The position numbers and the translations under genes are program-made. The notes under the pieces were generated by a model that worked only from the letters and a program-made list of their open reading frames with translations, was not told the DNA's origin and did not search any database. A stretch of 55,609 bases of DNA, the filler included, from Circinaria calcarea (Eukaryota), in assembly GCA_051942165.1 (NCBI GenBank). It is 2 parts of 2 records of this genome, joined end to end, with 100 filler letters (N's around TTAATTAATTAA, not from the genome) between each part and the next. Parts side by side here need not be neighbours in the genome. Positions count along the whole stretch, not along the records: positions 1 to 27,766 come from JAVECS010000062.1; 1 more part is not named here. One strand, 5' to 3'. Shown in pieces: positions 11,770-23,654 of the stretch; position 1 is the first letter of the stretch, and every line of letters begins with the position of its first letter.

Positions 11770-14295
11770 ATGCCGGGTGAACTCTTCAAATCGATGGCGA
11801 TAAGTGCGCCGAAGCTGCAGAAGACGCCCGTGGCCAAGCGGGACCTCAGCCTTTACCTTATTTCTAGTGACGATGTTGTGTATGAGCAAGACATCCTACG
11901 TGATCCAGCGAGCGTAAAGCCATGGTCAGCCTATGTGGACTTTAAACACCAACATGGCACGCTTCTCGAAAAGGCCTTTGTACTCGAGCGCGCATGTACG
12001 CAGTTACCAAGATCATACAAGTTATGGAAGATCTACCTGGAACTCAGAGTGAAACATCTCCGCAACAAGAACCCAGCCGTTCATCGTGCCGAGTATGCAA
12101 AAGTCAATGCGCTTTTTGAACGAGCGCTCATATTGTTGAATAAGATGCCGAAGATCTGGGAGATGTACCTGTCGTTCCTAATGCAGCAGCCTTTAGTCAC
12201 TTCGACAAGGCGTACTTTTGATCGAGCCCTTCGGTCACTTCCCATCACACAGCACAATCGCATATGGGCAAAGTACCGACCATTTGCCAACTCCGCTGGA
12301 GGACAAACAGCTTTACGAGTCTGGAGGCGCTACATGCAGATACATCCGGAGGATACCGAGGACTTCATCGAACTGCTGGTTGCTATGGGCCAATACACTG
12401 AAGCGGTAAAGAAGTACATGGATATTCTGAATAATCCAAAATTTCGGAGCAAAGAGAGGAAAAGCAACTTCCAGCTCTGGAGCGAGATGGTCGATCTGAT
12501 TGTTGTGCATGCAAGAGAAGTCAAACTCGAAGATAGGATCGGTGTGGATGTAGAGAACATCATAAGAAGTGGAATCGAGAGGTTCGCAGATCAGCGAGGG
12601 AAGTTATGGGCTGGTTTGGCAACATACTGGATCACAAAAGGGAGTTTCGAAAGGGCCAGAGACACTTTCGAAGAAGGGATTTCAACGGTCATGACAGTGC
12701 GAGATTTTACTCTTGTTTTTGATTCCTATGCTGAGTTCGAGGAGTCCATTATTGGCACTCTCATGGAAACTGCAGCAGCAAGGTCTGCAAGGGGCAAGAT
12801 AGACGAAGACGCCGACTTCGACCTCGATATCAGGATGATGCGATTCGAGCAACTGATGGACCGGCGGCCGTTCTTGGTCAATGATGTACTCCTACGGCAG
12901 AATCCTAATAACGTGGTGGAATGGCAGAAACGGGTTGCCCTATGGAGTGAGAACAACAAGGAAATCGTTCAAACGTATACAGACGCGATTGCGGCGGTGC
13001 AGCCTAGGAAGGCCGTGGGGAGGTTTCATGAACTATGGACCAATTATGCCAAATTCTATGAAGAGAGGTGTGATATTCGGAACGCCCGAGTTATAATGGA
13101 AAAAGCCGTCAAGGTTCCTTTCAAGTCAGTTGCAGAACTCGCAGAGATGTGGTGTGAGTGGGCGGAAATGGAACTTAGAAACGAAAACTTCGACAAAGCC
13201 ATGAATATCATGGCGAAAGCAACTTTGGCGCCTAAAAGATCTACTGTCGATTATTTTGACGAGACTCTTTCACCACAGCAGCGCGTTCATAAGAGCTGGA
13301 AACTATGGAGTTTCTATGTTGATTTGGTGGAAAGTGTTAGTACCTTGGAAGAGACGAAGAAAGTGTATGAGAGGATATTTGAGCTTCGCATCGCAACCCC
13401 ACAAACCGTCGTCAACTATGCTAATTTACTCGAGGAAAACAAGTATTTCGAAGAGTCTTTCAAAGTCTATGAAAGGGGCCTTGATCTCTTTAGTTATCCC
13501 GTGGCGTTTGAGCTCTGGAACTTGTACTTGACCAAAGCTGTAGATCGCAAAATCGGTATTGAACGTCTCCGAGATTTGTTCGAGCAATCCGTGGAAGGAT
13601 GCCCTCCAAAATTTGCCAAGGTGCTATACCTGATGTATGGGAATCTGGAAGAAGAGAGGGGTCTAGCAAGGCATGCGATGCGCATTTACGAGCGTGCAAC
13701 ACGCGCAGTGTCTGACGAAGATCGCTTCGAGATGTTTAACTTTTACATTACCAAGTCAGCATCCAATTTTGGCCTTACGTCCACGCGCCCAATTTACGAG
13801 AGGGCTATTGCTGCGCTACCTGACAAAGAAGCTAGAGATATGTGTCTCAAATTTGCAGAGATGGAACGAAGACTTGGGGAGATTGATCGTGCCCGTGCTA
13901 TTTATGGTCATGCATCCCAGTTCTGCGACCCCCGGACCACACCAGCCTTCTGGTCGAAATGGGAGGCATTCGAGGTCCAGCATGGGAACGAGGATACGTT
14001 CAAGGAGATGCTTCGCATTAAGCGAAGCGTACAAGCACAATACAACACCGATGTCAATTTCATTGCTTCCCAAGCCCTTGCTAGAAGTCAGCAATGTCCG
14101 GAAAATGCCATGGATGAAGACGTTGATGGGAAAGTTCCCGGCGCGGATGCCATGGCTGCGCTGGAGCGTCAGGCTCGGGCACCAGTGGGTTTTGTCGCAG
14201 CGAGTGGTGGGCCAGAAGGTGGAAATGTGGAACCATCGAAGCAAACAGTCCCGATTGCAAATCCAGATGCCTTGGACGTGGATTTGGACGATTAG
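11770..14295 (+). CDS. SYF1: Pre-mRNA splicing factor Syf1 (HAT/TPR repeats, NTC)
   Basis: Single 841-aa ORF with LPRSYKLW, LLRQNPNNV.EW and HGNEDTFKEMLRIKRSVQAQYN hallmarks. The start could be the next ATG (MAISAPK). Confidence 0.96.
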   Translation: MPGELFKSMAISAPKLQKTPVAKRDLSLYLISSDDVVYEQDILRDPASVKPWSAYVDFKHQHGTLLEKAFVLERACTQLPRSYKLWKIYLELRVKHLRNKNPAVHRAEYAKVNALFERALILLNKMPKIWEMYLSFLMQQPLVTSTRRTFDRALRSLPITQHNRIWAKYRPFANSAGGQTALRVWRRYMQIHPEDTEDFIELLVAMGQYTEAVKKYMDILNNPKFRSKERKSNFQLWSEMVDLIVVHAREVKLEDRIGVDVENIIRSGIERFADQRGKLWAGLATYWITKGSFERARDTFEEGISTVMTVRDFTLVFDSYAEFEESIIGTLMETAAARSARGKIDEDADFDLDIRMMRFEQLMDRRPFLVNDVLLRQNPNNVVEWQKRVALWSENNKEIVQTYTDAIAAVQPRKAVGRFHELWTNYAKFYEERCDIRNARVIMEKAVKVPFKSVAELAEMWCEWAEMELRNENFDKAMNIMAKATLAPKRSTVDYFDETLSPQQRVHKSWKLWSFYVDLVESVSTLEETKKVYERIFELRIATPQTVVNYANLLEENKYFEESFKVYERGLDLFSYPVAFELWNLYLTKAVDRKIGIERLRDLFEQSVEGCPPKFAKVLYLMYGNLEEERGLARHAMRIYERATRAVSDEDRFEMFNFYITKSASNFGLTSTRPIYERAIAALPDKEARDMCLKFAEMERRLGEIDRARAIYGHASQFCDPRTTPAFWSKWEAFEVQHGNEDTFKEMLRIKRSVQAQYNTDVNFIASQALARSQQCPENAMDEDVDGKVPGADAMAALERQARAPVGFVAASGGPEGGNVEPSKQTVPIANPDALDVDLDD

Positions 14296-14832
14296 GGTAA
14301 CCTAGAAGGCATTGATCCCCTTCAGTCAGTCAGTCATACGGACAACGTCAACGCGATCACATGATAAAACCTTTTCGCTGCGAGGACAAAAGGACTGTCA
14401 GAGATGGTTGGTTGGACGATTGCTACCTCCTACAGTAGCCTTCAGCCTGACTAACGAACGGCCATATAGTGTCCTACTGTACGCTTCATTACGCCATGTA
14501 TCGCAAAGCTGCCTCAGTACGTCTGAGAATGTTATTGGGCTTCATTCCAGTTCATGACTGCAGGATCTACAAGCATAGAATATTACAGCGTAGCTTATAC
14601 CCTCAGCTCCTTCGGTTTATGGAAAAATCCCACTTGGCAATGGTGCGCTTTCTTACTTGATTTTGAGAGGCAGCTCGGCCGTACATTCAATTATTGTTAT
14701 TCTGTCGATGATACTTATGCAGGACATTTTGTGTATTGTACAGCTGTACCAGCCTCCGCAATACCAAATGAGGGACTCGCGAATCGGGATATCCAAAGCA
14801 ACCAACAAACAGACCTCCAGCAACCGAAAACG

Positions 14833-15407
14833 TCATTTCACCCAACCCTAATTATTTTAGGTTAGCTTGTTGGCTCACACAACAAGGTAGACAGAGCACC
14901 AACCTTCTCCTTGAGCTTATCGTGATAAACTTGATCTCGATCTTTACCTTTACCCGTGTGGGCGTCTCGTGAACTGGGGGTCGCGTATATGCTGCCCTCG
15001 CGCCTCTGGAACCTTGACGGAGGAACTTTCGAGGCGTCTAGGTATGGCTGTTAGTGAAGTTCCCAAGATCTGCCGGATGCGAGCTCCACGGAGATGGATT
15101 CCCTCCTACCCCATTCTTTGCTCATCCGACGATCTCGGTTCATGACGGGTACGTCCCCAGTTGGAGAGCCGGCCAAGTCCGGCAAAGCATCTTGACCTCT
15201 CTGGTTTGCAAATGGATCGTCACCGGTGGTCCGCTGGGCAGCAAACGGGTCTTTGGTGATATTGACGGGGTCAGAAGTGGTCTCGTCCATGTCTACTGCA
15301 TACTGTCAGCAATCTTGAGTGTGCATGGTCCTAGCGGGGAACCATTTCTTCTCGGGTCAGTTTGTCATACCTGTTGTGCTGATATCTGTCGAGCGAGCTT
15401 CGGTCAT
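14833..15407 (-). CDS. Small hydrophilic conserved fungal protein of unknown function
   Basis: Four exons (introns 15296-15370, 15038-15109, 14848-14903, all GT..CTRAC..YAG) splice in frame to MTEARSTDISTTVDMDETTS...RRMSKEWDASKVPPSRFQRREGSIYATPSSRD...KLKEKGWVK*. Confidence 0.8.
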
Positions 15408-15457
15408 GGGAAACGGATGATCAGGGCTATTCCATCCAGGACTGGCGGCGATGTACG

Positions 15458-16225
15458 AGGGGTCACCCGGTTTATGTACAGAAAGGCAGCCACACTGGGA
15501 GGTGGAAGCAAGGGAGACGGGAATAGAGGAGAGGGGTAGATTTCGAAAACAACAAGGGAGTATCAGGATTGCAGGCACATGATGGCTAGACCCTAGCGTT
15601 GGGGCGGTCTGGTCCGCAGCTGGGTAGGTATTCAGTCATGAATGATAATGGATGTTATGCATCTTCTCTTCCGCTCAGCATTCTCAGGTCTTGGCTTGAA
15701 GCAATCCATACCAATGAAGCTCCTCCCCCGGGTCCTGATGCTTTCCCACATGTACCCTAGCTCCACCCTCCTAATCCGTGCCGATCTGAGCTTGACTAGG
15801 TACGCTCTCGGACTTTTCTTTGGGAGGGGGCCGACTACCACATTGCCGCCAGTAGCTTGCAATCCATGAATGCCCCCTCACGAAGTAGCGCGGGCGCAGA
15901 GGGGGATCAAACCGGCTCAGCCCCCTTTCACGGGTGAATAATGAAATGGCCCTACGTCAGTAAAGGTTTTCCCTTCTCCCCACCTCCTTCGAGGAATGCC
16001 GCGGGGCGTGGGGGTCGCGAAGATACCGAGTGATGAATGGATGCAGACCGCCAGCGATTATGACGCCTTCATCCTCGTCGCCGCCTGCCTGGGTACGATA
16101 ACGAAGAATCAAATGCAGATAGGTTGTCGTTCAAGGGCGACCCCCCGCAATGTGGTTTTAGCGAGCTGATTAGGCGACGGATCATTCGCGGAGGAGATTT
16201 CCCCGCCTCGGTTCTAGGCCTGGGG
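15458..16225 (-). promoter_or_regulatory. Cluster of STRE (AGGGG/CCCCT) and CreA/Mig1 (SYGGRG) motifs upstream of the small gene
   Basis: STRE at 15458, 15532, 15825, 15874, 15900, 15922. SYGGRG or its reverse at 15978, 16001, 16008, 16143, 16201, 16220. Confidence 0.5.
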
Positions 16226-16764
16226 AGCAGTGTTAGAGGCGCTTAGCGGCGTTTGGGAGGTGTCCTGCTAAGCTTCGAGGTAGAATGCGGTGGGAGGGTT
16301 GGGTCGACGACGAGGTGGTTGATCGTGATAAAGGCATATGTCTGGCGGACCCGAGATGAAGCGAGCTTAGATTGGTGAATACAGAGACAGCGCACATCAG
16401 AACGTTAATACACATGTTGTAGGTGAGTTGATACCGCATCCAAACTTACCACCACACAACCCTTATCAGGTGTGACACTCGGTTACATAGCTTAATCGAG
16501 CAAACTTATGGTGGCGGACGGTAGACGTCGGAATTGGAAAACAAAAACAAGTCCTCCAGAAGACGCCCATGACCGCTCCCATGACATCACAAAAATGCTG
16601 AACGAAGCCAGGTATGGGATAGAATGTATACAGCCTTTTCTACCTTTGCTCCTCGTCATTTTGCCTTACCCCATGCTCCATGCCTTGATGCGCTATTACC
16701 GAACACGAAAGAAGAATCCGCTGCGAAGGAAAGCGTTGTGCTTCTGGCGCTCGGTACTCATAGA

Positions 16765-19700
16765 TCAGTTCGAGGTTGACTTTGCCGGCGAAGGACCGCT
16801 TACACGCTCTTCTGGTTGTAAAGCGTCTTTCACTGCCGGTGGAGGATTGGCCTGCTCCGGAAAGATTTCCTTGAACAGACCGGGAAGGAACCTGTCGACC
16901 CGTTTCCAAGTTTCATTCCATATTTGTGCCTGATCAGGGTTTTTCGAAGGTGGTACGAGGTATCCTCCATCCGCCATCACAAGGATGATATTCTTGAGGC
17001 TTTCTGGCACGGCTTCCTCCTGTTCCTAGTTAGCCGAGCATCCTATCATGGCAGCCTGATAGCTCGAGCTACTAACCAAGCTATTTCCTTGTCCACTATT
17101 CATCATGCGGTCCATTATATCCAGGATTCTTAACCACAGATCCAGCATACCTTTCCACTCGGATAGCAATACAAGGTAATGCAGGAAGACCTTGCAGAGA
17201 AGAGTGATCGCCTGAACCCTGGTCTCCCCCATCCCGTATGGATCGGAATGGTAGACCTCCGGCTTCAAAAGCTGCGATATCAGTGGGAACAAGACTTCAC
17301 TGAATATGGCTGTCCATTCTTCATGGTCAACTGATGCAAGTTCAGGCGAAAGGAGTGCCCGCTGAAGGCCCGAGAATGACTGCTGCCTGATTTCTCGACA
17401 CGGATTAACACACTGGGTGCTGAGAGCCAGGAATATTGGCGACCAGTAGGCGTTCCAAGCTAACGATTACTTAGCCTCCATCAATGAACAGGTACGGACA
17501 AGACATACCTTCGTTCCTTTCCAAATGCGATTGTTGAATTAAGGAGGGAACTCTGCTGCTCAATTGATAGATCATGATGACGGCCTTACTACCACGGCTA
17601 ACGGTTTCGTTTCCCCTGGAGATATAAGCATCTGGTTATGGGTTTCGTGGTAGACTCACTGTGGAGCTGCCTGCTTGATCAGCTTTGATCTTCGCTGGTT
17701 CTTATCACGTTTCTGTTCGAATACTGCTCCCACACTTGCAGCGGTGGCAAAATCCTTTATGAGGGCTACAACAGCCTCGTAGTTGTGAGCAGTGACAGCA
17801 GACGGTTTCTTCTCGACGCCATTCTCAGGGGGCCTCCCCTTAACGATATCCTCGAGCAAATCGAACACCAAACTAGCAACCTCTGGCAGTGAATGTAACC
17901 CTTCAATCGTAGACCAAAAGTCCGGTGTGTTGGCAATCTCATTCCTAAGCGGGGTTGGCTGGCGCATACATAAGGTGAGTCCCTTCATTATCTCTAGAGC
18001 CGATTTTTCCAAGATGGGGGAACTTAGACTTGAGATTGTATGTAAAATCACAGGAGCACGTATAAAGGAGCGCTCCAGGCTAGAATCGGATAAATCACCA
18101 CATAAGTCTTCATTCAGCTGGCTAGCGTTCAGTAGACGGAGGAGGTAGAAAGCTGATCTTGAGACAACAGTTCTGTGGTTATTGCCAGCATCCCTCAGTA
18201 TGTTCTGAAGTGCTTTTGCTACTGCGCTGATTGATGTAACATCCTGTGTCGCAAGATTCGTTGCTAATTCGAGCACGTACGCGACTGCTGGATCATATGT
18301 CAATGTGCTGGAGGTAGATCTATGCCCATTTGGCTTTGAAGAAGTCGGAGACGATGGATGATCTGCTTTGACAACAATGACCACTGGAGATAACTTCTGG
18401 GGTAATGTACCCAGAAGCTCGTGTACTAGAGCGGTTAAGGAACCAGGTGGCAGATACCTATCACAATCAGTATGAGAAGGGTGCAAGGTAATTCAACTTG
18501 TAGGGACTAACATAAAGTTTGTGAATATTTCCTCCAGCGGATATGCAAGTAAGCAGTCTACAGTGCACAGCGTATCATTGAGCTCTTCATCCGAAGGCTC
18601 CGGCGGATCGTCCGCTGCGTAGCTTGATAAATACGAGGTGAAGGTTTGGAAAAGACCAGTTTCGTTTGATCGTTCCCCTCGATTGATGACTTGTGAGGGC
18701 AACTGAACTGGAATTGGTGGTAATTCTAAATCCTGACGCTTTATCTCCATTTCTACACTCTCTACCTGTGTGTCTCCGTCTCTATTACTTCGCGACTGCG
18801 AGGATGTAAGACGCACAAGAGAGCTAGGTGGTGGTGCAAGTGAGTTTAGAAATAGGTTCAGCCATATTCGAATAATCTGTTACAAGATCAGGATCACTCA
18901 GCTAACAGCACTGTCGTGAGTGTGACTTACATATTTCCAACCATGCCTGATCTTCGCTTCGTTCCCTGCTACAACTCCTTTAAAAAGCACAACAGTAGCA
19001 AGTTGTGCTCTATAATCCCGACCAAACTTAACAGCCATCTCACTTACCATAACGCTCTTTCCGTCAACTTGAACCTCTGTATTAAGTGCCGTATTGGGAG
19101 GAGTATCAGAGGCTAATGTTGAGATTGAACTGAGGCAGTATATTATGTGATCAAGCGCTTCCGTCAGACCATATTCGGCAGCGATTCGAGCGCATTGATC
19201 AAATCCTGCCACGACTCTCTGATAGACAGCATCTTCTGAAGCGGACATGAAGACGTAAGAAAGAGTTGCAACAACCGGCTTCCAAGTAGCTTCAAACATA
19301 TCCGCGTCGAACAGGTTAGTATTGCAGATCACCAAGTCGCCTGAGCTCTGAGTCTTTAACAGCAATTCTTTCCATGCATAATCAAATGCATGCTTATTGT
19401 CATGCTCATCAGGTAAGATAATCTCGTTGGTCTTGATAGAATTATAGATCTCCTGCAGATACTCAGAAGCAAAATCTTTACCTCCATTAACTCCACGAAG
19501 GTTCCTGGCGAAATCATTGAAAGCCATCCGGTTCATCGTTTTAACATTTGGGTTGTGCTGATCGGTGTTAAGCATGATGATGGCATAAGTCAAAACGTAG
19601 ACAGCATCTTTGTCAGCGATGCCCTCCGGCGTTGAACTCGCACAATACTTTTCTGAGAATACTGTAACAATCCGTTCGATGAGAGGCGACTCTCCCGGCA

Positions 19701-22110
19701 AACGAAATGAGCCGAGCAAATCCCGCAATGCTTCATCAACGCGTTTGTCAGTGAAGTCGAAAAGGTCAATGAAAGCCCCGAGTAAATGTTCATGAGATTT
19801 CTTAGAAATATATTCCCCAAGGACCTTTTTGGATATCCGAGTAGTGCCTTTCAGGAATCGAGTTACCGATTTCGGGTCATCTGGATTCTCGATGATACCC
19901 TGGGACACCAGGTATGCAATTCCAGCTTTAGGATTCTCGTTAAATTTTGTGGCGCCTTTGATGATTAGCTTCTTGCGAGCTCTTTGCTCCCGGAGGGTTT
20001 GCCTGTCAGGGTATCCGTCCTCCAGAGACTCCTCATCGAGACGGTCGGCAAGAAACTGCACATAGCCCAGCAGGGCATCCAAACAAAGTGGTGGGACATT
20101 GGTTGTGCTCCATGTTGCGGAATCGGGAAAGGCGTTCCTGGATAGTAAGCCGACCAAGTCCTCACACAGGTCACTCCGGTCCACCTCACAGTCATAGTTT
20201 ACATACAACTCGGCGAGGAAGCTAGGCATTCTTACTAAAGCACCTATGCTTTCAACCATCGCTTCTCGTGCGTCTGGTTTTCGGGACCCACCTTCCATCC
20301 CGAGCTTTTGGCGATCCTTCACAGGTACAGGTGTCGAGCGACCGCTACTAGTCTGGGATGGTGGTTGTTTCACCAGCTTCGGGATATTTGGGACGCCTTC
20401 GTATAATGCTGGGGCGATTCCAGCCTCCCTGGGTATCTCAACTCGCGGATGAAGGCAAGCAACCAAGTATGAGAGAAACAGCTCCTGTTGCAGTTTAAGG
20501 ACCCCTCGACATGTTGCCAGGAGTGTTCCTGTAACCCGAAGAGACTCATTGAGAAGGTTCATATTATCTGATCGAACTAATTGGAAAAGGTGCCGACATA
20601 GATCGTCTTTGGCCAAAGATGCAAGACTAGGGTGCTTGGCTATCGATGGACCTGCTACCTCCAAGGCTACATCGATAATCCGTAACGCCATTATACGCAT
20701 AGCGTCGGTATGTTGCCGATCATGGGGTTCTAACAAATTGACAAGAACCCGGAAGAGCTCTCGAATCGACGGCAAAGAGTAAGGCTTGATTTGCGGTTCC
20801 CCGTCCAGCGCCGATACTGGTATTTGGCTGAGGTCGATTGCACTGCCATTTAACTTAGGTTGCATTGGGACCTCCTTGGCCTCTGATAGCAGCCCCGAAC
20901 TGGTAGAAGGTCGACTTTCTGCGCCATTCTGTATGACCACCTCCGGTATATCGAAACTCGGTGCCAGTGGAGTGCTTCCCATGCTCACTTGAGGGGACGC
21001 AGCGTTCTTACCTTTCAACGGCGGATCCATTTTGAGCTCTGAATTTTCAGCATCGTAGTTCGACAAATCTAAAGCCGCCACCTCTCCTCCGACCTGGTTT
21101 TCCAGGTGTTTAAGCCTTTCAAAGACAATTTGGCACATTGTGATCATTGTAATCTCAGCGGACCGGCGGAGCAGCTCCGAAAGCCGCATCTGGCAACACA
21201 TGCTTAGACCGGTCTCCATCATCTCGCATATACTCTCGTCCGCCAGAAGGTCCCCGCCAGGACCAGAAAGCATTCCTTCCATCAACCTGAGTATACGTAG
21301 AAGAACGATTTCGTCTGCGGCAGAGTCACTTGCTTCAAACCGACAGTGTGTAATTGCGGCGGACAGTAACTGCATGCCTAGTGGTAATCGAGGGGAGTCT
21401 TTGCTGATCAGATTATAAGCGAAGAATTTTGTAATTGCCACAATTGCCAAAGATGTAATGGGCGCCGAAGTTGAAGATGATCGGATGACCTGGAGAAAAG
21501 GATGTAGTAACGAAGGAATATCGAAGCTCCTTATGTCTATCTCCCGCGTTAGCAACGCAGCGCAGTTTACATGGTCAAGTATTGTTCAACCTGTGCACCC
21601 CCTCAGATCACCTCTAAGTCGTGCAAATGCAGACATTAGAGGATTATCTTGCATGCTCTTTCCCCTCTTGCCACGAAGTCCCCAACGACTGGCTGAAGCA
21701 TCATCCTCTTCATTAGTCACCGTGGTGTCTTCTCCATCCTTCCCTCTCGCCCCATTCGAAGGTCTTTGTAACCCTTTATCCTTCTGTGCAGTAGTCGACG
21801 GACGCAGTCCTTGTCGGTACGACGAGGATAATCCTCCACCTAAGATCGCAGTGACAGATGAATGTGCCCATCTGGCATGCTTTCTCATTGCCGATGTAAC
21901 AGTTATGCATTCTGTGTTGATCAAGGCAACTGGATCAATAGCTATGGATATTGCGGTCCCTGTGGGACTGGAGGCCTGCGTGCTAGCCAGCCGATGGCCA
22001 TGATGGACTACCTGAGGCATTGCCGGCCTTGAAGCATCCCGCAAGTAGCTTGGAGGCCGATATCGTGTATCTGTGAGTTCCTCCCTTGGAGGGAGCGGCT
22101 CATAATTCAT
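16765..22110 (-). CDS. GEA2: Sec7-domain ARF guanine nucleotide exchange factor, GBF1/Gea family
   Basis: DCB domain (ITHCRFEASD), HUS box (LYVNYDC) and Sec7 motifs FRLPGES and YAIIMLNTDQHN. Several short introns join ORFs 21586-22110, 18898-21555, 18493-18816, 17656-18486, 17026-17292 and 16765-17010. The start ATG is uncertain. Confidence 0.95.
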
Positions 22111-23654
22111 GCTGTGCGCTGACTCTGTACCTCTGTAACTTTTTGGTGAGGTGGCACTTGACTCATGCTGTAGGACATCCCGAACACTTCATTTTTTGCG
22201 GTAGCTCTCTGATATGCCCTAGAACCTAGCCATTTCGCAACACCGACTGGCTTTTGGAGCTTTGTCAAGCCATACAAGGAGACAAGCTCTATGAAGTACA
22301 TCGGCCACCACGGCCAAAGTCTTGCCGGGTTGTGAAGCTCGCTAAAGGGTAGCCTAGCCCAGGGACGACTGCCTAGCGTATTCCAAGGGCCCTCCAGCTA
22401 AATTTGTATCATATGTACTCTTGCCTCCTTGACCTCGCCTTTTCACCGTACTTTGTCGACCTATTCATCTTCATCAGCATATACCTAGCTTACGTACACT
22501 CTGTACAATTATAGGAGCGTTCATACTCAAACTCTCTACTTCCTAATAACTGATAGTATCAGAACGGTCAATTCGAATGAGAAAGTCTACGAAAGTATTA
22601 GCTTTCACATCGCCATGTTGTAATCTTGCCTTGGCTAGGCCACCGGTAAAGGACATTGTTATTTCCTTGGATTTTACCTCGATTCTTCACCGAGGCTGCT
22701 CTGTATTAGAGATCTCTGTGAGCACGCAAGCCACAAACTGTCGACAGAAAAATAGAACCTTTTCGATATAGCGGATCCTCCTAAAACTTATTTAGCCTTG
22801 CCTAAATTGCTAGCTGCTCCTTATATCGTCCGGAACCCCCACTACACAGAGGATTATCATACAAAGAAAGAGGAAGCATTGTCAGTGTCTCGAAGGTCCT
22901 GTTCTTGATTCTCCATTCTTTCGCTTCACTGAAACAGTGCATGCACATGATTTGGAGGACAGGGCCAACCAAATGTATTACACGATTATCTGACTATAGC
23001 TGCAGAAACCCATCTCCCTATTACTGTAACGAGTTATGAATGTTTGCAGCATTCCACGGAAATCGGTGTAGAGTTAGTAGATGACTTCTCTGATTCTTTG
23101 CTGAAAAGAGGTCTGTCAAACGGCGAGATATTTACGTTTATAAGGATAGGCTTGTAAACTGATGCTTATTTGGAGATTGCAAATATCTGACTAGCCTCAA
23201 TACCAATATCTTTTGTACTGGGACATTCAAGATCCCTGTATACGGGGTCCTTTCTCTGATTCTGGCCATGACTATGTCCCAATGTCGAAGAACCAACTCC
23301 ATTCAGATGCTCGTGTATTGAATGCGCTAACCAAAGATATGAATAGGATTCTATTACACAAATGCGAGCCTGAGATGAGAATCGGGTAGGTTGCTACAGC
23401 GGATGTATATATCCATGTCGTAATGGGTTGCAAGTCCCTAGCTCGCCCGCGAATGCTCATTGCTGAACTTTCTCCTTAAGAAATAATGGGTTTCATTTGT
23501 TGGCGAAGAGCTCGATAAACCGCAGCAAAGGTTTCCTAGTGTTCTTCGTGCCATATCTTGCCCTGGTCACTGACTGCCTCGTCTCTTTTCACATCATATT
23601 ACTGGAGATTATTGTCAAGACCAGATCCAACGGAAAACAATGCCTGACAGGTCG

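Noticed and set aside
13673..14305. Long alternative-frame and antisense ORFs over SYF1 (and similar ones over GEA2, urease, RAD50)
   Set aside because: Shadow ORFs of well-supported genes with no recognisable motifs.
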